Shown here: piece after piece, positions 25,946 to 36,045 of the stretch
Layout of the letters: every line of letters starts with the position of its first letter
How positions within the stretch are numbered: position 1 is the stretch's first letter
Assembly: GCA_043754535.1 (NCBI GenBank)
Contig: JAYUUN010000084.1
Span: forward strand, 1-64,000
DNA: 64,000 nt
From: Chloroflexota bacterium
GTDB lineage: Bacteria > Chloroflexota > Chloroflexia > QHBQ01
Reading direction: 5' to 3'
The notes under the pieces: generated by a model
Seen by the model: the letters and a program-made list of their open reading frames with translations, nothing else
Databases searched by the model: none
Told to the model about the DNA's origin: nothing
Translations under genes and position numbers: made by a program

Positions 25946-26671
25946 TTAGCCAAGATACTGCTTGAACCAGGCTAGCAACTGCTGCCAGGCCGCATCCGCC
26001 GCTTCCTTCTGGTGGGTCGGGTGCTGGTCGTTGATGAAGGCGTGGCCTGCGGCATAGGTGTGGGCCGCATAGGTCTTGCCCTCCTGCTTGAGCAGGTCAA
26101 CGATGTGGGCGCGCTGCTCAGCGGGGATGCTGCCATCGTCTTCGCCCCAAATCACCAGCACAGGAGCCGTCACCTTGCGGATTTCCTCGGCGGTCGGCTG
26201 GTAGCGGCCAGCATAGAAGGGAGCGATAGCAGCCAATTCGCCGTTCTCCTGCTCGGCAGTCTTCCAGGTGAGGAAGCCGCCCATGCAGAAGCCGGTCATG
26301 CCCAGCTTCTTCGGCTGCACCTCGGCCCTGCTCTGCAAGTAGTCAATAGCCGCCCCAATCTCGCCCACCGCCTTGTCCTTGTTCAGGGCCATCGCCGCCT
26401 TAGCTGCATCGTTCGGCTCGGCCACTACCTTGCCGTGGTAGAGGTCGGGGGCAAGCACTACATAGCTACCCTCGCGCGCCAGTCGCGCACACAAGTCCTT
26501 GATGTGCGGCTCAATCCCCCACCACTCCTGCACCAGGATTACGCCAGGGTGCAGCGCGCCATCAGCAGGCATCGCCAGGTAACCGTCTATCTTCTCGCCA
26601 GCCCCATCGTAGCTGACAAAGCCAGTCAGCAACCCATCCTTCTGCGTCAACTGGTTACTTTCAGAAGCCAT
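25946..26671 (-). CDS. Dienelactone hydrolase family protein
   Basis: QEWWG, APDLY, GFCMGG and AGHAF motifs. Confidence 0.92.
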   Translation of the reverse strand: MASESNQLTQKDGLLTGFVSYDGAGEKIDGYLAMPADGALHPGVILVQEWWGIEPHIKDLCARLAREGSYVVLAPDLYHGKVVAEPNDAAKAAMALNKDKAVGEIGAAIDYLQSRAEVQPKKLGMTGFCMGGFLTWKTAEQENGELAAIAPFYAGRYQPTAEEIRKVTAPVLVIWGEDDGSIPAEQRAHIVDLLKQEGKTYAAHTYAAGHAFINDQHPTHQKEAADAAWQQLLAWFKQYLG

Positions 26672-26803
26672 CTTGTCCCCTCCAATAGTGGTTTGCTTGC
26701 CGCCATTATAGCACAAGAGCAGGCGAGCTGAAACGACGATGCGGCAACCCTCAGAGCCTATAGGGTGCAGACTGGCACTCCCTGCCACAGCAGCACAACG
26801 ACA

Positions 26804-26838
26804 ATGTGGCCCCTTACCCACTGAAGGGTAGGGGCCAC
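26804..26838 (-). terminator. Intrinsic terminator hairpin
   Basis: tgtggccccttaccc/gggtaggggccaca stem right after the stop of the 26851 gene. Confidence 0.65.
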
Positions 26839-26850
26839 AGCTTGTCGCAG

Positions 26851-27852
26851 TTAGTTGGTGATGTAGAAGAACACGATGGCCTGGTTGCCACTCTCCTTAC
26901 CCTGGAAGGTGATTGCCCACTGGCCGGGGGTTAGAGTACTGGTGCTGCGCCCATCCAGCGAACTGGCGAAGGTGCTGCCGTGCGAGCCGAGGTCGAACGG
27001 TCGGGCAGAGCCAACCACATCGCCCCGCGGGTTGGTAATCCAGAAGCTCAAAGCCTCGTTTATCTGGAAGCCACTGACCGTGAAGTTGAAGGTGGTGCCA
27101 GCCTTACCGCAGCCCGGCTCGACGGTCGCATTGACCGACTTACCGTTGGGGCAGGTGTTAGCCACCGCAGTGTTGGCCGGGGGTGGGTCGCCAGCCTGGG
27201 GGCCGCCATTGCCATGCACCTTGTCGTAGCGCATCCGACCCAGCAGGCTGAGGAGGATTTCGTTTGGCCCGCCCGCGTTGTCCTGGTGCCACTCGAACTG
27301 GGCGCGCTCGAAGTACTGCACGTAGTAAGTCTGGCCGTTAACGTCGCTCTTTTCCTGGAAGACGGGGCTGATCGGGAAACCCTGCTGCGAGAGGCCGCCG
27401 TGCGACTTCCAGTAAGCGAGGAAGGGGCCGCCGACGTTGAAGCCAGTCTCATTGAAGCGTTGGCTGTTGGGGAAGGTGTAGGTCTCGCCTGCACCGCCAG
27501 CATACTTGTCCTGGAAGCGGAAGCGACCGACCAGCGACAACAGCACGTTGTTGGGGGCGGCATTCTCCGGGTGGTACTCGAAGACGGCGCGCTCGAAATA
27601 CTGGGTGAGATAGGTCTTGCCATCGGTGGCGTTCTGCTCGTTGGCCGCGTCGGAGACGGGGAAGCCCTGCTGCGAGAGGCCACCATGCGTCTGCCAGTAG
27701 GCATAGAAAATCGCCGGTACACACTTGCCCGTCTCATTAAAGCAGGTCTTGTCGCTCTGGCTGAGAGGGGCAGCCGAGCTAAAGCCGGGAATACTGAGCA
27801 GCAGGCCAGTGACAAATAGGGCCACCAAAGCGATGTTGGGCTTACGCTTCAT
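26851..27852 (-). CDS. Secreted protein with two FxETG...HGGL...GFP...QYFERA repeats and a C-terminal Ig-like domain
   Basis: Signal peptide MKRKPNIALVALF; duplicated YWxxHGGLSQQGFP...QYFERAxFE unit. Confidence 0.85.
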   Translation of the reverse strand: MKRKPNIALVALFVTGLLLSIPGFSSAAPLSQSDKTCFNETGKCVPAIFYAYWQTHGGLSQQGFPVSDAANEQNATDGKTYLTQYFERAVFEYHPENAAPNNVLLSLVGRFRFQDKYAGGAGETYTFPNSQRFNETGFNVGGPFLAYWKSHGGLSQQGFPISPVFQEKSDVNGQTYYVQYFERAQFEWHQDNAGGPNEILLSLLGRMRYDKVHGNGGPQAGDPPPANTAVANTCPNGKSVNATVEPGCGKAGTTFNFTVSGFQINEALSFWITNPRGDVVGSARPFDLGSHGSTFASSLDGRSTSTLTPGQWAITFQGKESGNQAIVFFYITN

Positions 27853-28095
27853 CTTGCTTATGCTCCTTGCGGATGCGATCCGCGCTGTGGTTGGTCGCTC
27901 CAGCCAACGCCGTTGGCAGGCCACAACCGATTGGTTGGTTGCCAGGCGGTTTGTTTAACCGCCCGCTTACTCTACGACCGTGGTACACATTTGGTTACAT
28001 GATTTGGGCCAACACTTGCTGCCAGTTACGATTGCTGAACTGCGGTTGCTACTTTTGTAGGAGAGATAAGTGCTGCGAGGTGCTGGCAAGTATGG

Positions 28096-28124
28096 TTGAC
28101 GCTACCGGCCAGCAGTGCTATACT
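28096..28124 (+). promoter_or_regulatory. Sigma70-type promoter
   Basis: TTGACG-17 bp-TATACT with an extended TG. Confidence 0.75.
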
Positions 28125-28166
28125 TCGCACAGCCGTTCTTACCTCAACCGGGAGCAAACCCAGCCC

Positions 28167-28688
28167 ATGCCCGACGGACGTACCCACGACATCCTCACCA
28201 TTGCGGTCGGTGCCTGCGCCGCGCCGCTGGTGGTCAGCCTGCCTGCGATGAACCCGCTGCACTATGGCATCCTGCTGGGCAGCTATCTCGCCAGCGGCCT
28301 CATCTTCAGCAACGACCTCGACCTGCACAGCAGCAACTATATGCGCTGGGGGCTGCTCCGCTTCATCTGGCTACCCTACCAGAAGGTCGTTCGCCACCGT
28401 AGCTGGGTCAGCCACAGCCTGGTGGTCGGCCCTCTGCTGCGCGTAGTCTACTTTGGGCTGGCGGTGCTGCTGCTACTCTGGCTGGCCCTCGCCATCCTCG
28501 CCTTCTTCGGCAACACCCTCAACCCACGTGGCACCTTCGATCAGCTAACCAGCAGGTCCTACCAGTTCATCATCAGCCACCCCACCGCCACCATCTACTT
28601 CTTGCTCGGCTTCGTCATGGGCGGGGCCGTCCACACTGTCGCCGATGTGGTTAGCACCTGGCGCAAGCGGCACCGCATCCGCTGGTAA
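28167..28688 (+). CDS. Putative metal-binding membrane protein (DUF2227-like)
   Basis: MPDGRTHD, SNDLD, WLPYQ...HRSWVSH and HTVAD motifs. Confidence 0.85.
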   Translation: MPDGRTHDILTIAVGACAAPLVVSLPAMNPLHYGILLGSYLASGLIFSNDLDLHSSNYMRWGLLRFIWLPYQKVVRHRSWVSHSLVVGPLLRVVYFGLAVLLLLWLALAILAFFGNTLNPRGTFDQLTSRSYQFIISHPTATIYFLLGFVMGGAVHTVADVVSTWRKRHRIRW

Positions 28689-28743
28689 ACGAAAAGTGGC
28701 CGCCTAGGAGCAGCCACTTACACCTAGCGCAGCTTGCGCTCTG

Positions 28744-29685
28744 CTACTGGCGTACGCCAAACACACTGAAGTTACGTATCTCCACCGGGTTGGGGCCGTT
28801 GTTGGCGTAGATGTAGACGCGGTAATCGCCTACCAGCCAGTCGCCCTTCTTGGCCGCCTGGAAGCAGGCGTAATAGGTGCCAGCACGAACCAGCTTTGCG
28901 GTCGGGCCATCAAAGGAGAGGCCACCGTTGGCAGCAGGGTAAGTGGTATTGAAGCCAGGTGGCCCCTGCCAGACGGTATGTAGTTCGTTCACCGCATCGC
29001 GGCCAAACTTAGCCTCCACCAGCACGAAGAAGTCCTCGCCGCTAGAGTAACTGGTCACTTGCGAAGCAGTGTCGCCCGGCCTGCAACTCTTGACCAACTC
29101 TACCTTGTAGATCAGGCCGTTGGCACTGATCGCCAGTGGCGCAACGGTTGCCACCGCACCAAGATTGACCACAGTTGGCAGGCCACCACCTACGACGGTG
29201 GGCAAGCCGCCGCCAACTACCGTGGGTAGGCCACCAGGCGTGGCGGTGCCGACCTGACCAGCGGGGCCGAGGACGGTCAGGGTGGCAAGGGCAGTCGCAG
29301 TGGCGTTGGCGTTCTGCTGCGCCTCCCGCTCGCGCTCAGTCTGCGCCCCCTTGTATTGTTGGTTGAACAGGAAGTAGGCGAGCAGGACGAGGGCGGTGAC
29401 GATCAGCAGCAGCACAAGCGTGCCGACTTTAGAGCCGGGCTGGGCAACAGCTTCTTCGGTGTAGGGGTCATCCTCACCCACATACTCGGCGGCACCGTAC
29501 TCGTCGGTGTAGGTGGCCGCGTAGCCAGCCGGGACGCGTTCCATCTCATCTTCGGCAGCAAGGGTAGGCGGTGTAGCATTGCTGCTAATCAAGCGGGTGC
29601 CGCAGCGCGAACAAACGCGCTCGTTGTCCCAGAACTGCCACTGCTCCTGCTGGGCAATGCAGTCGGGGTTGGGACACTCCTTCAT
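28744..29685 (-). CDS. Zinc ribbon, single TM and extracellular domain protein
   Basis: CPNPDC...CSRCG, one TM segment and a (GGLPTVV)x3 linker. Confidence 0.75.
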   Translation of the reverse strand: MKECPNPDCIAQQEQWQFWDNERVCSRCGTRLISSNATPPTLAAEDEMERVPAGYAATYTDEYGAAEYVGEDDPYTEEAVAQPGSKVGTLVLLLIVTALVLLAYFLFNQQYKGAQTEREREAQQNANATATALATLTVLGPAGQVGTATPGGLPTVVGGGLPTVVGGGLPTVVNLGAVATVAPLAISANGLIYKVELVKSCRPGDTASQVTSYSSGEDFFVLVEAKFGRDAVNELHTVWQGPPGFNTTYPAANGGLSFDGPTAKLVRAGTYYACFQAAKKGDWLVGDYRVYIYANNGPNPVEIRNFSVFGVRQ

Positions 29686-29871
29686 CGCTCCTTCGCTCTG
29701 GGCATCCGTCTCGTATTCAGCGGCGCGGCTGTCTCTCATCTGCTTGCCACCTCCCCCCACTTGCTGGTACAATCTACAGTAGCCACCCCTACAGCCGCCA
29801 GTGCTGGCGCAACCGCGTGGGGATCAACTTCACATAATGTTATATTACAGCAAAGGGAGAGGAAAGTCAAT

Positions 29872-30756
29872 ATGCCAGCCCCGCTGCGCCTCGGCCTGAT
29901 CGAGGAGATCGCCACCCTGCCACTCGTCTACCCCATCCTGGCCGGTTGGTGCGACATTGAGGGTTTCAACCTCAGCCGCATCCCCGTTTCTGCCGAGCAG
30001 GCCGTCGAACTGCTGGACAACAACAAGCTGGACGTAGCCCTGATCCCAGTGGTAGACTACCCCCTACGCGCCCGTAATCTCACCCTCGTCCCCATCGGCC
30101 TGACCAGCGAGAAGCGCGGCCCAGCCACCCTGGTCGGCCTCAAGCGGATTGACGAACTGGACGGCGAAAGGATCGCGGTAGAAGATCGGGCCAACCCCGC
30201 CCTACCGCTACTTAAGGTGCTGCTCAAACGCTACTATAGCATAGAGCTACACTTCCGCGCCGAGTACATCCCCTGGCAGGAGTTGCCCGCCCAGGAGCAG
30301 CGCGAGGACGACGACTGGGAGAAGATGCGCCTGACCCTCTTGCTGGGCGACGAGGCAGTGGCCGCCAGCCACAGCCCCATGCCCGACGAGAAGATGGCCG
30401 CCGAAGACCTGAGCAAGAACTGGTGGATCATGACTGGCACCTCGTTCACCTGGTACATCATGGCTGTGCGCCGCCAGTTTGCCGAAGCGCATCCCGACCT
30501 CGGCCCCGCCCTGATCCGCCTGGCCCTGGATGCAATCCGCAAGGGCAAAGAGCAACACCCTAGCCTCGTGCTGGAAGGGCAGAAGCGAGCGCAGGCGGTC
30601 GGCCTCACCCTCAATGCCGAGCAGCTAGAGGCGTTCTGGGGCGAGCAAACCTACGGCATCGTGCAGAAGCAGCAAGAGAGCCTGATGACCTTCTTCCAGT
30701 GGGCCTCGCAACTGCGCCTGGTGCCGCTGCCCGCCAGCCTCAACCTGATCGGCTAA
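29872..30756 (+). CDS. Divergent MqnA/MqnD-like (periplasmic-binding fold) protein
   Basis: RLGLI...LPLVY, LDVALIP, LLLGDEA and DLSKNWWIMTG motifs. Confidence 0.7.
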   Translation: MPAPLRLGLIEEIATLPLVYPILAGWCDIEGFNLSRIPVSAEQAVELLDNNKLDVALIPVVDYPLRARNLTLVPIGLTSEKRGPATLVGLKRIDELDGERIAVEDRANPALPLLKVLLKRYYSIELHFRAEYIPWQELPAQEQREDDDWEKMRLTLLLGDEAVAASHSPMPDEKMAAEDLSKNWWIMTGTSFTWYIMAVRRQFAEAHPDLGPALIRLALDAIRKGKEQHPSLVLEGQKRAQAVGLTLNAEQLEAFWGEQTYGIVQKQQESLMTFFQWASQLRLVPLPASLNLIG

Positions 30757-30782
30757 GCACAGCTCTTGCTAGAAGGAACAAA

Positions 30783-32705
30783 ATGCAGACCAGAACCCGC
30801 CTGTTCATCCTCACGCTCCTGCTCCTTACCCTCAGCCCCAGCCTCGGCAGCGCACAGGTAGCTGTGGGCGGTCGGGTTGCCCCGCACTCCTACTTCGGCC
30901 TGAACCTCTACGCCAGCGCACTAGAGCGGCACAGCGACAACAGCAGCAGTCGGGTGATTGCCGCCGCAGGCGAACTAGGCGTGCGCTGGACGCGGGAGGA
31001 GCTTAGCTGGGCCAACATCGAGCCGGTGGAGGGAGCCTACAACTTCCAGCAGTACGACAGGGCGATCAACGAGCTTGCCGCCCAGCAGATCGGCATCATT
31101 GGAATGCTGCTGACCACCCCCACCTGGGCTAGCGGGCAGCAGAAGGGCGCAGGTGGCTGGTACTGGTATCCGCCGAACGATGCGAAGGCATATGGTCGCT
31201 TCGTCGAGGCGACCGTCAACCACTGGAAGGACAAGGTGGCCGTTTGGGAGTTGTGGAACGAACCAGACAAGGAGGACACCTGGAAGCCGACCCCCAACCC
31301 TGCTGCCTACGCTGCTCTGCTGGCCGAGGGCTACGCTGCCGTCAAGCGGGCCGACCCGACCGCGCAGGTGATGCTCGGCTCGGTCTACATCCACGACCGG
31401 GGCAACGAGGGGCTAGCCTTCATGGATCAGGTGGTAGCCGCCAGTGGGGGCGCGCTCAACTTCGACATCATGGGCGTGCATACCTTCATGCTGGATCGCG
31501 CCCCAGAGGACATCTCGCCCGTCACCGTGGTACAGAACCTGGCCTACCGGGTGGCAACCGCCCGCAAGTGGCTGGCTGACCACAAGGCGGGCGACAAGCC
31601 GCTTTGGATCACCGAGGACGGGGCGAGTACCTGTCAGGATTGCAGCGGCCTGGGTACCACGCCAGCGTTGCAAGCCGCTCGCCTACCCCGCCAGTACGCC
31701 CTTGCTATCGCCAATGGTGCCGCCCAATTCGACTACTTCCAGGTCAAGGACAAGTTCTACGGTGGTGGCGCAGAGGTGTGGGGCAATATGGCTCTGCTCG
31801 ACAACAACTGGCAGCCGAAACCCGCCTACTACGCCTATAAGACGCTGGCTAACCTGGTTGGTGATGGGCAGTATGTAGGCCCCGGCCCGCTTCTGCACAA
31901 GGCGGACGACCGTTGGCAGGAGGCATACGACCGCTATGAGTACATCTTCAAGCGGGCGGGGACGACCATCCACATCCTCTGGACACGGGAGGACGTGCCA
32001 GGGCAAGTAGTTAGCGTAGTGGTTGGGCAGAACAGCGTGCGGGTGGTGCAACTAAATGGTGCGACCCAGGTGGTGGCGGCGAAGGCCAAGCAGGTGCAGG
32101 TGCAAATCAGCAGCAGCCCTGTCTACGTGGTAGAGGAACGCGACCCGAACGCCCCCACCCTCGACCCAGCCACCGACGCAGCCTCACCAAGCGGCTATCA
32201 TGTCGCCAGCCGCTTCCAAAACTACTGGCAGCAACATGGTGGCTTGCCCGCCTTCGGCTACCCGATCAGCGGCGAACGCTATGAGGAGGCAGCAGCAGAC
32301 GGCAAGAGCTATGTCGTGCAGTGGTACGAGCGCGCCCGCATGGAGTACCACCCAGAGTTCGCTGGCACTGCCAACGAGGTGCAGCTTGGTCTGTTGGGTA
32401 CCCAGGCCGCTGCTGGTCGCAACTTTCCGCCTGCGCCGCCCAGTGCTAGCAAGGACAGCCGCTACTTCGCCGAAACCAGCCACAACCTGGGGGGACGCTT
32501 CCTGGCCTACTGGCAGCAGACAGGGAGGCTGACCCTCTATGGCTACCCAATCAGCGAGGCGCAGACCGAGAGCGGCAGCGACGGCAAGCCCTACACCATG
32601 CAGTACTTTGAGCGCGCCCGTTTTGAGTACCACCCAGAGAATCAGCAGCCCTACGACGTGCTACTTAGCCTGCTGGGGCGGCAGTTCGAGCCAGCCTCGC
32701 GCTAG
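30783..32705 (+). CDS. Secreted clan GH-A glycoside hydrolase with C-terminal QYFERA repeats
   Basis: Signal peptide; WELWNEP acid/base and LWITE nucleophile; two GYPIS...FERARFEYHPE repeats. Confidence 0.85.
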   Translation: MQTRTRLFILTLLLLTLSPSLGSAQVAVGGRVAPHSYFGLNLYASALERHSDNSSSRVIAAAGELGVRWTREELSWANIEPVEGAYNFQQYDRAINELAAQQIGIIGMLLTTPTWASGQQKGAGGWYWYPPNDAKAYGRFVEATVNHWKDKVAVWELWNEPDKEDTWKPTPNPAAYAALLAEGYAAVKRADPTAQVMLGSVYIHDRGNEGLAFMDQVVAASGGALNFDIMGVHTFMLDRAPEDISPVTVVQNLAYRVATARKWLADHKAGDKPLWITEDGASTCQDCSGLGTTPALQAARLPRQYALAIANGAAQFDYFQVKDKFYGGGAEVWGNMALLDNNWQPKPAYYAYKTLANLVGDGQYVGPGPLLHKADDRWQEAYDRYEYIFKRAGTTIHILWTREDVPGQVVSVVVGQNSVRVVQLNGATQVVAAKAKQVQVQISSSPVYVVEERDPNAPTLDPATDAASPSGYHVASRFQNYWQQHGGLPAFGYPISGERYEEAAADGKSYVVQWYERARMEYHPEFAGTANEVQLGLLGTQAAAGRNFPPAPPSASKDSRYFAETSHNLGGRFLAYWQQTGRLTLYGYPISEAQTESGSDGKPYTMQYFERARFEYHPENQQPYDVLLSLLGRQFEPASR

Positions 32706-32783
32706 CAGGCAACCAATTGCTGGTCTGTGGGCTAATAGGGAGAGGCAGCAGTAGCCTCACAAACAACCAGATAGTGGCACAAG

Positions 32784-32817
32784 CAAGCCGCCTGCTCATC
32801 ATCGAACAGGCGGCTTG
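32784..32817. terminator. Bidirectional terminator between convergent genes
   Basis: caagccgcctg/caggcggcttg 11-bp stem. Confidence 0.7.
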
Positions 32818-32854
32818 TTGGTTGAGGCAGGTCTAAGCGGGTTAGTAGCTCTGC

Positions 32855-34657
32855 TTACTTGAGGATCATGTCGAGGGTATGGCCGTCGCTGCCGCTAGGA
32901 ACCTGAATGCCCAGGATGGTGCTGAGGGTTGGGGCCAGGTCGTTGACGTTAATCTTGCCGTTGTAGAAGCCGCTCTTGATCATCTTGCCAGCCAGCATCA
33001 TCGGCACGTGGGTGTCATAGGCGTAGGCCGAACCGTGCGTGGTGCCAGTCGGCCCACTCCAGGGATACCAGTTCTGCTTGTTGACCACTACCACGTCGCC
33101 GCTGACCTCACGGTTGAAGGCGTACATCAGACGCTGGGTGGTATCGTTCAAAGGCATATCACCGTTGATGATCTGGTCGCTGGTGTAGGAGTTGGCAACA
33201 CCAGGTAGGCGGTTCAACGTCTGAGCAGCGAACTTGCGGGCATCCTCGACCTTGACGTTCTTGCTGGCGAGGGTGCTGTAGTCCAGGTAGAGGTAAGGCT
33301 CGATGTAGCCGTCGCCAGCGAGGTAGTTACCTGCGCCGTAGGTCTGGCTGAAGGTGTCCTGCACGATCTTCGCCATCTGCGCGCTGCTCTGGAAGCCAGC
33401 GTCCAGCTTCATCACGTTGAGGGCGTAGCTGCTAACTGGAGCTACACCATGGTCGGCAGTGATAGCAATCACTACGTTGTCCAGGCCACCAGGGACATTA
33501 GTGTTGAGGAAGTTGAGCAGGTCGGCTACCTGGCGGTCGCTGCGAACAGTGATGTCTTCCACTTCCTGGCTCTGGGGCCCGTAGGCGTGGCCGAGGTAGT
33601 CGTTGCTGCTGAAGCTGATGGTAAGCAGGTCGGCTACGCCATTGGCGTTCTGGCCTAGCTTCTCGCTGATCACCGCCTGCTTGGCGAAGCCGAGCAAGTA
33701 GTCGTTACCGAAGGGGCTGGTGGTTACGTCGTTGTAGAAGCCGCGATCCGGCTTGCCGCTGGCACTAGTCAGCTTGTGCGGGAAGGTCTTGCCGAGGGTA
33801 CCAGCCGTCTCATAGGCGGTGTCATCGGCACCCTGGCGGGCGTACTGGTCGGCAGGGAGCAGGCGATCCCAGGTGGTATTGTAATACTTGTCGAGCAGCT
33901 TGCTGGTGTTGAAGGCCGTGACCCAGGCAGGCAGGGTGCTGCTGAACCAGTAGGTGCTGCTGACCATATTGCCACTGGCAACGTCGAACCAGTAGGTGCC
34001 ATCGGTCGAGTGGCCGCCCATCAGGATCGCAGCGCGGTCCTTGAGCGCAACAGCTACGGTCTTGGACTGGCGAGCGTTGCTGGCCTTGAGTTCGTCACCA
34101 ACGGTGGTAGCCTTCAGGCTGGTGGGGGCGGTGCCAGTGTGCTTGTTGCTGCTCGGCGCGCCAACCTGGGTAAACCGCTGGTCTTCGACCACGTAGAAGA
34201 AATCGTTGAGCTGACGGCTGAACCAGTCGTTGCCGATGATGCCGCTCTTGTAGGGGTCAGCACCCGTCAACTGAGTGCTGTGGCCGGTGCCGGTGTACTG
34301 TGGGAAGGCACGATACTCGTTGTTGGTGAAGAAGGCACCGTTCTGCATGAAGTAGCGGAAGCCGCCAACCGTGCCGTCGCTCTGGGTGGCAGGCAAGAAC
34401 AGGTCAGCGAAGCGGGTCATGTAATCCTCGCGCAGTTGGTCGAATGAGATGACAACGACCAGCTTGGGCTGCTGGCGGTTCATCAACATCGAACTGAGGC
34501 TACTGCTATCGGCGGATACGGTGCTAGCACCGCGATCCTCGCGGGTGCGCTGGGCAGCAGCAGGCTGGCTGCTGGTCAGCCCGACAATGCCGACGAGCAT
34601 CATGGCGATCACCACGAGGCTGACTACGGCGAACATATAACGACGAGCAAAACTCAT
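32855..34657 (-). CDS. Secreted alkaline phosphatase, PafA/PhoK type
   Basis: VISFDQLR, YTGTGH (Thr nucleophile), KDRAA, DYLGHAYGP, TADHG and THGS motifs. Confidence 0.92.
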   Translation of the reverse strand: MSFARRYMFAVVSLVVIAMMLVGIVGLTSSQPAAAQRTREDRGASTVSADSSSLSSMLMNRQQPKLVVVISFDQLREDYMTRFADLFLPATQSDGTVGGFRYFMQNGAFFTNNEYRAFPQYTGTGHSTQLTGADPYKSGIIGNDWFSRQLNDFFYVVEDQRFTQVGAPSSNKHTGTAPTSLKATTVGDELKASNARQSKTVAVALKDRAAILMGGHSTDGTYWFDVASGNMVSSTYWFSSTLPAWVTAFNTSKLLDKYYNTTWDRLLPADQYARQGADDTAYETAGTLGKTFPHKLTSASGKPDRGFYNDVTTSPFGNDYLLGFAKQAVISEKLGQNANGVADLLTISFSSNDYLGHAYGPQSQEVEDITVRSDRQVADLLNFLNTNVPGGLDNVVIAITADHGVAPVSSYALNVMKLDAGFQSSAQMAKIVQDTFSQTYGAGNYLAGDGYIEPYLYLDYSTLASKNVKVEDARKFAAQTLNRLPGVANSYTSDQIINGDMPLNDTTQRLMYAFNREVSGDVVVVNKQNWYPWSGPTGTTHGSAYAYDTHVPMMLAGKMIKSGFYNGKINVNDLAPTLSTILGIQVPSGSDGHTLDMILK

Positions 34658-34686
34658 CTGGAACTCCTCCCTTTCTGAACAAACCA

Positions 34687-35973
34687 CTAGTAGATGATAT
34701 ATGGCACATCCGGCTCGGTCGCGGGCTGGATGCTGGTCGCTTTGATCACTGGCACCTCTTTGCCTTCAATCGTGATCCGGTCAACCGTCCCTGTCACCCA
34801 GAGCCACTGGTCGTCGGCGTAGCTATCGGCTTTGCTGTTTTGCAGCAAGACACCGAGAGCGTGCGCTTCGGCAGAGCAGTGAGGGGTAACGTAGCGCGTG
34901 AGGATGAAGCTGCTCCCCGGCAGCCCATACTTGCGGTAGACGAAGCCGAGGACGCGGAACTGCCTGCCCCCCACATCGCCATTATCAATGGCATAGGATA
35001 GCTCGTTGAGGTCGGGTGTCCAGATGTTGGCACTGCTAGTGTCAGGCAGTAGTGCCACTGGCTGGGTGGGGGTAGGCGGTATGGCAGTGGCCGTCGGAGG
35101 CAGGGAGGTAGCCGTAGCTGGCAGCCGGGTAGCAGTCGGTGGCTGAGAGGTAGCCGTAGCTGGCAATGGTGTACTGCTGGCAGGTGGGGTACTGCTGCTG
35201 GCGGTAGCTGGCTGCTTGCTCGCTGTTGCGTTGGCAATGGCAAGGCCGGTGGCAGTCGGGCTGACCTTCTCGCCAGCTTTGCTAGTTGCGCTTCCCTTGC
35301 TGCCAGGGCCAGATGTGCTAGTTGTCGTAGCAGTGGCCGCAGCAGCACTGCCGCCCGCTGGTGCAGTAGTGGTGGGCAGTGGCGTGCTAGTGGCAGCGGT
35401 AGTGCTGGTCGCCAGCGGTGTGTCCATGGTGGCAGCTACTGTGTCCGTAGCAGGCAGGGTGGTGGCAGTACCAGGGAAGGGCGTAACCGTATCAAGCAGA
35501 GTGGTAGCTGTAGCAAGGGGGGGCGTAGCTGTAGCGGGTGGAGTAGTGGGGGAGAGGATCGCCAGGGCGACACCAGTAGGCGGACGCGACTGGCTAGCAT
35601 TGCGGGCAGGCTTGCCATCCATACCAGCGATGCTGATGCCCCCAGTGCTACGCACAGTGTCTGCTCCAAAAGCACGAGGCGCAATTGCCACGCTCATCAC
35701 CAGCGGCAGGGCAAAGACTAGTAGGGCAACGACTCGGCTGCGGTTGAGGTAAGGGCTGACACCCGCGAAGACCGCGCGCCCCACGTTGTAGACCAGCGTC
35801 GCCCCAATCAGCAGGCAGAGTACCCCCGCCAACGTAACCATCCAGGCCACATTGCTGCCATAATAGAGACTGGCATTGTTGCTTGCCCGCCACACCAGGG
35901 CAGCCAAGCCCAGCCACACCAGGGCGTAGCTGAGTTCTTTCCCGATCTTCTGCTGCGAGTGGCTGCGATCCAA
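34687..35973 (-). CDS. DUF1980/TIGR03943-like membrane protein with a long Thr/Ala/Pro linker
   Basis: N-terminal TMs; C-terminal GFVY...TRY...HCSAEA...DDQWLWVTG...PDVPYI; start uncertain. Confidence 0.75.
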   Translation of the reverse strand: MDRSHSQQKIGKELSYALVWLGLAALVWRASNNASLYYGSNVAWMVTLAGVLCLLIGATLVYNVGRAVFAGVSPYLNRSRVVALLVFALPLVMSVAIAPRAFGADTVRSTGGISIAGMDGKPARNASQSRPPTGVALAILSPTTPPATATPPLATATTLLDTVTPFPGTATTLPATDTVAATMDTPLATSTTAATSTPLPTTTAPAGGSAAAATATTTSTSGPGSKGSATSKAGEKVSPTATGLAIANATASKQPATASSSTPPASSTPLPATATSQPPTATRLPATATSLPPTATAIPPTPTQPVALLPDTSSANIWTPDLNELSYAIDNGDVGGRQFRVLGFVYRKYGLPGSSFILTRYVTPHCSAEAHALGVLLQNSKADSYADDQWLWVTGTVDRITIEGKEVPVIKATSIQPATEPDVPYIIY

Positions 35974-36045
35974 TAGTGGCTCTGGCTCCCTGAGCGACGG
36001 CTAATGGCTAGTGGTGGTGCATCTGGCGAATATTACAGCAGCCGC

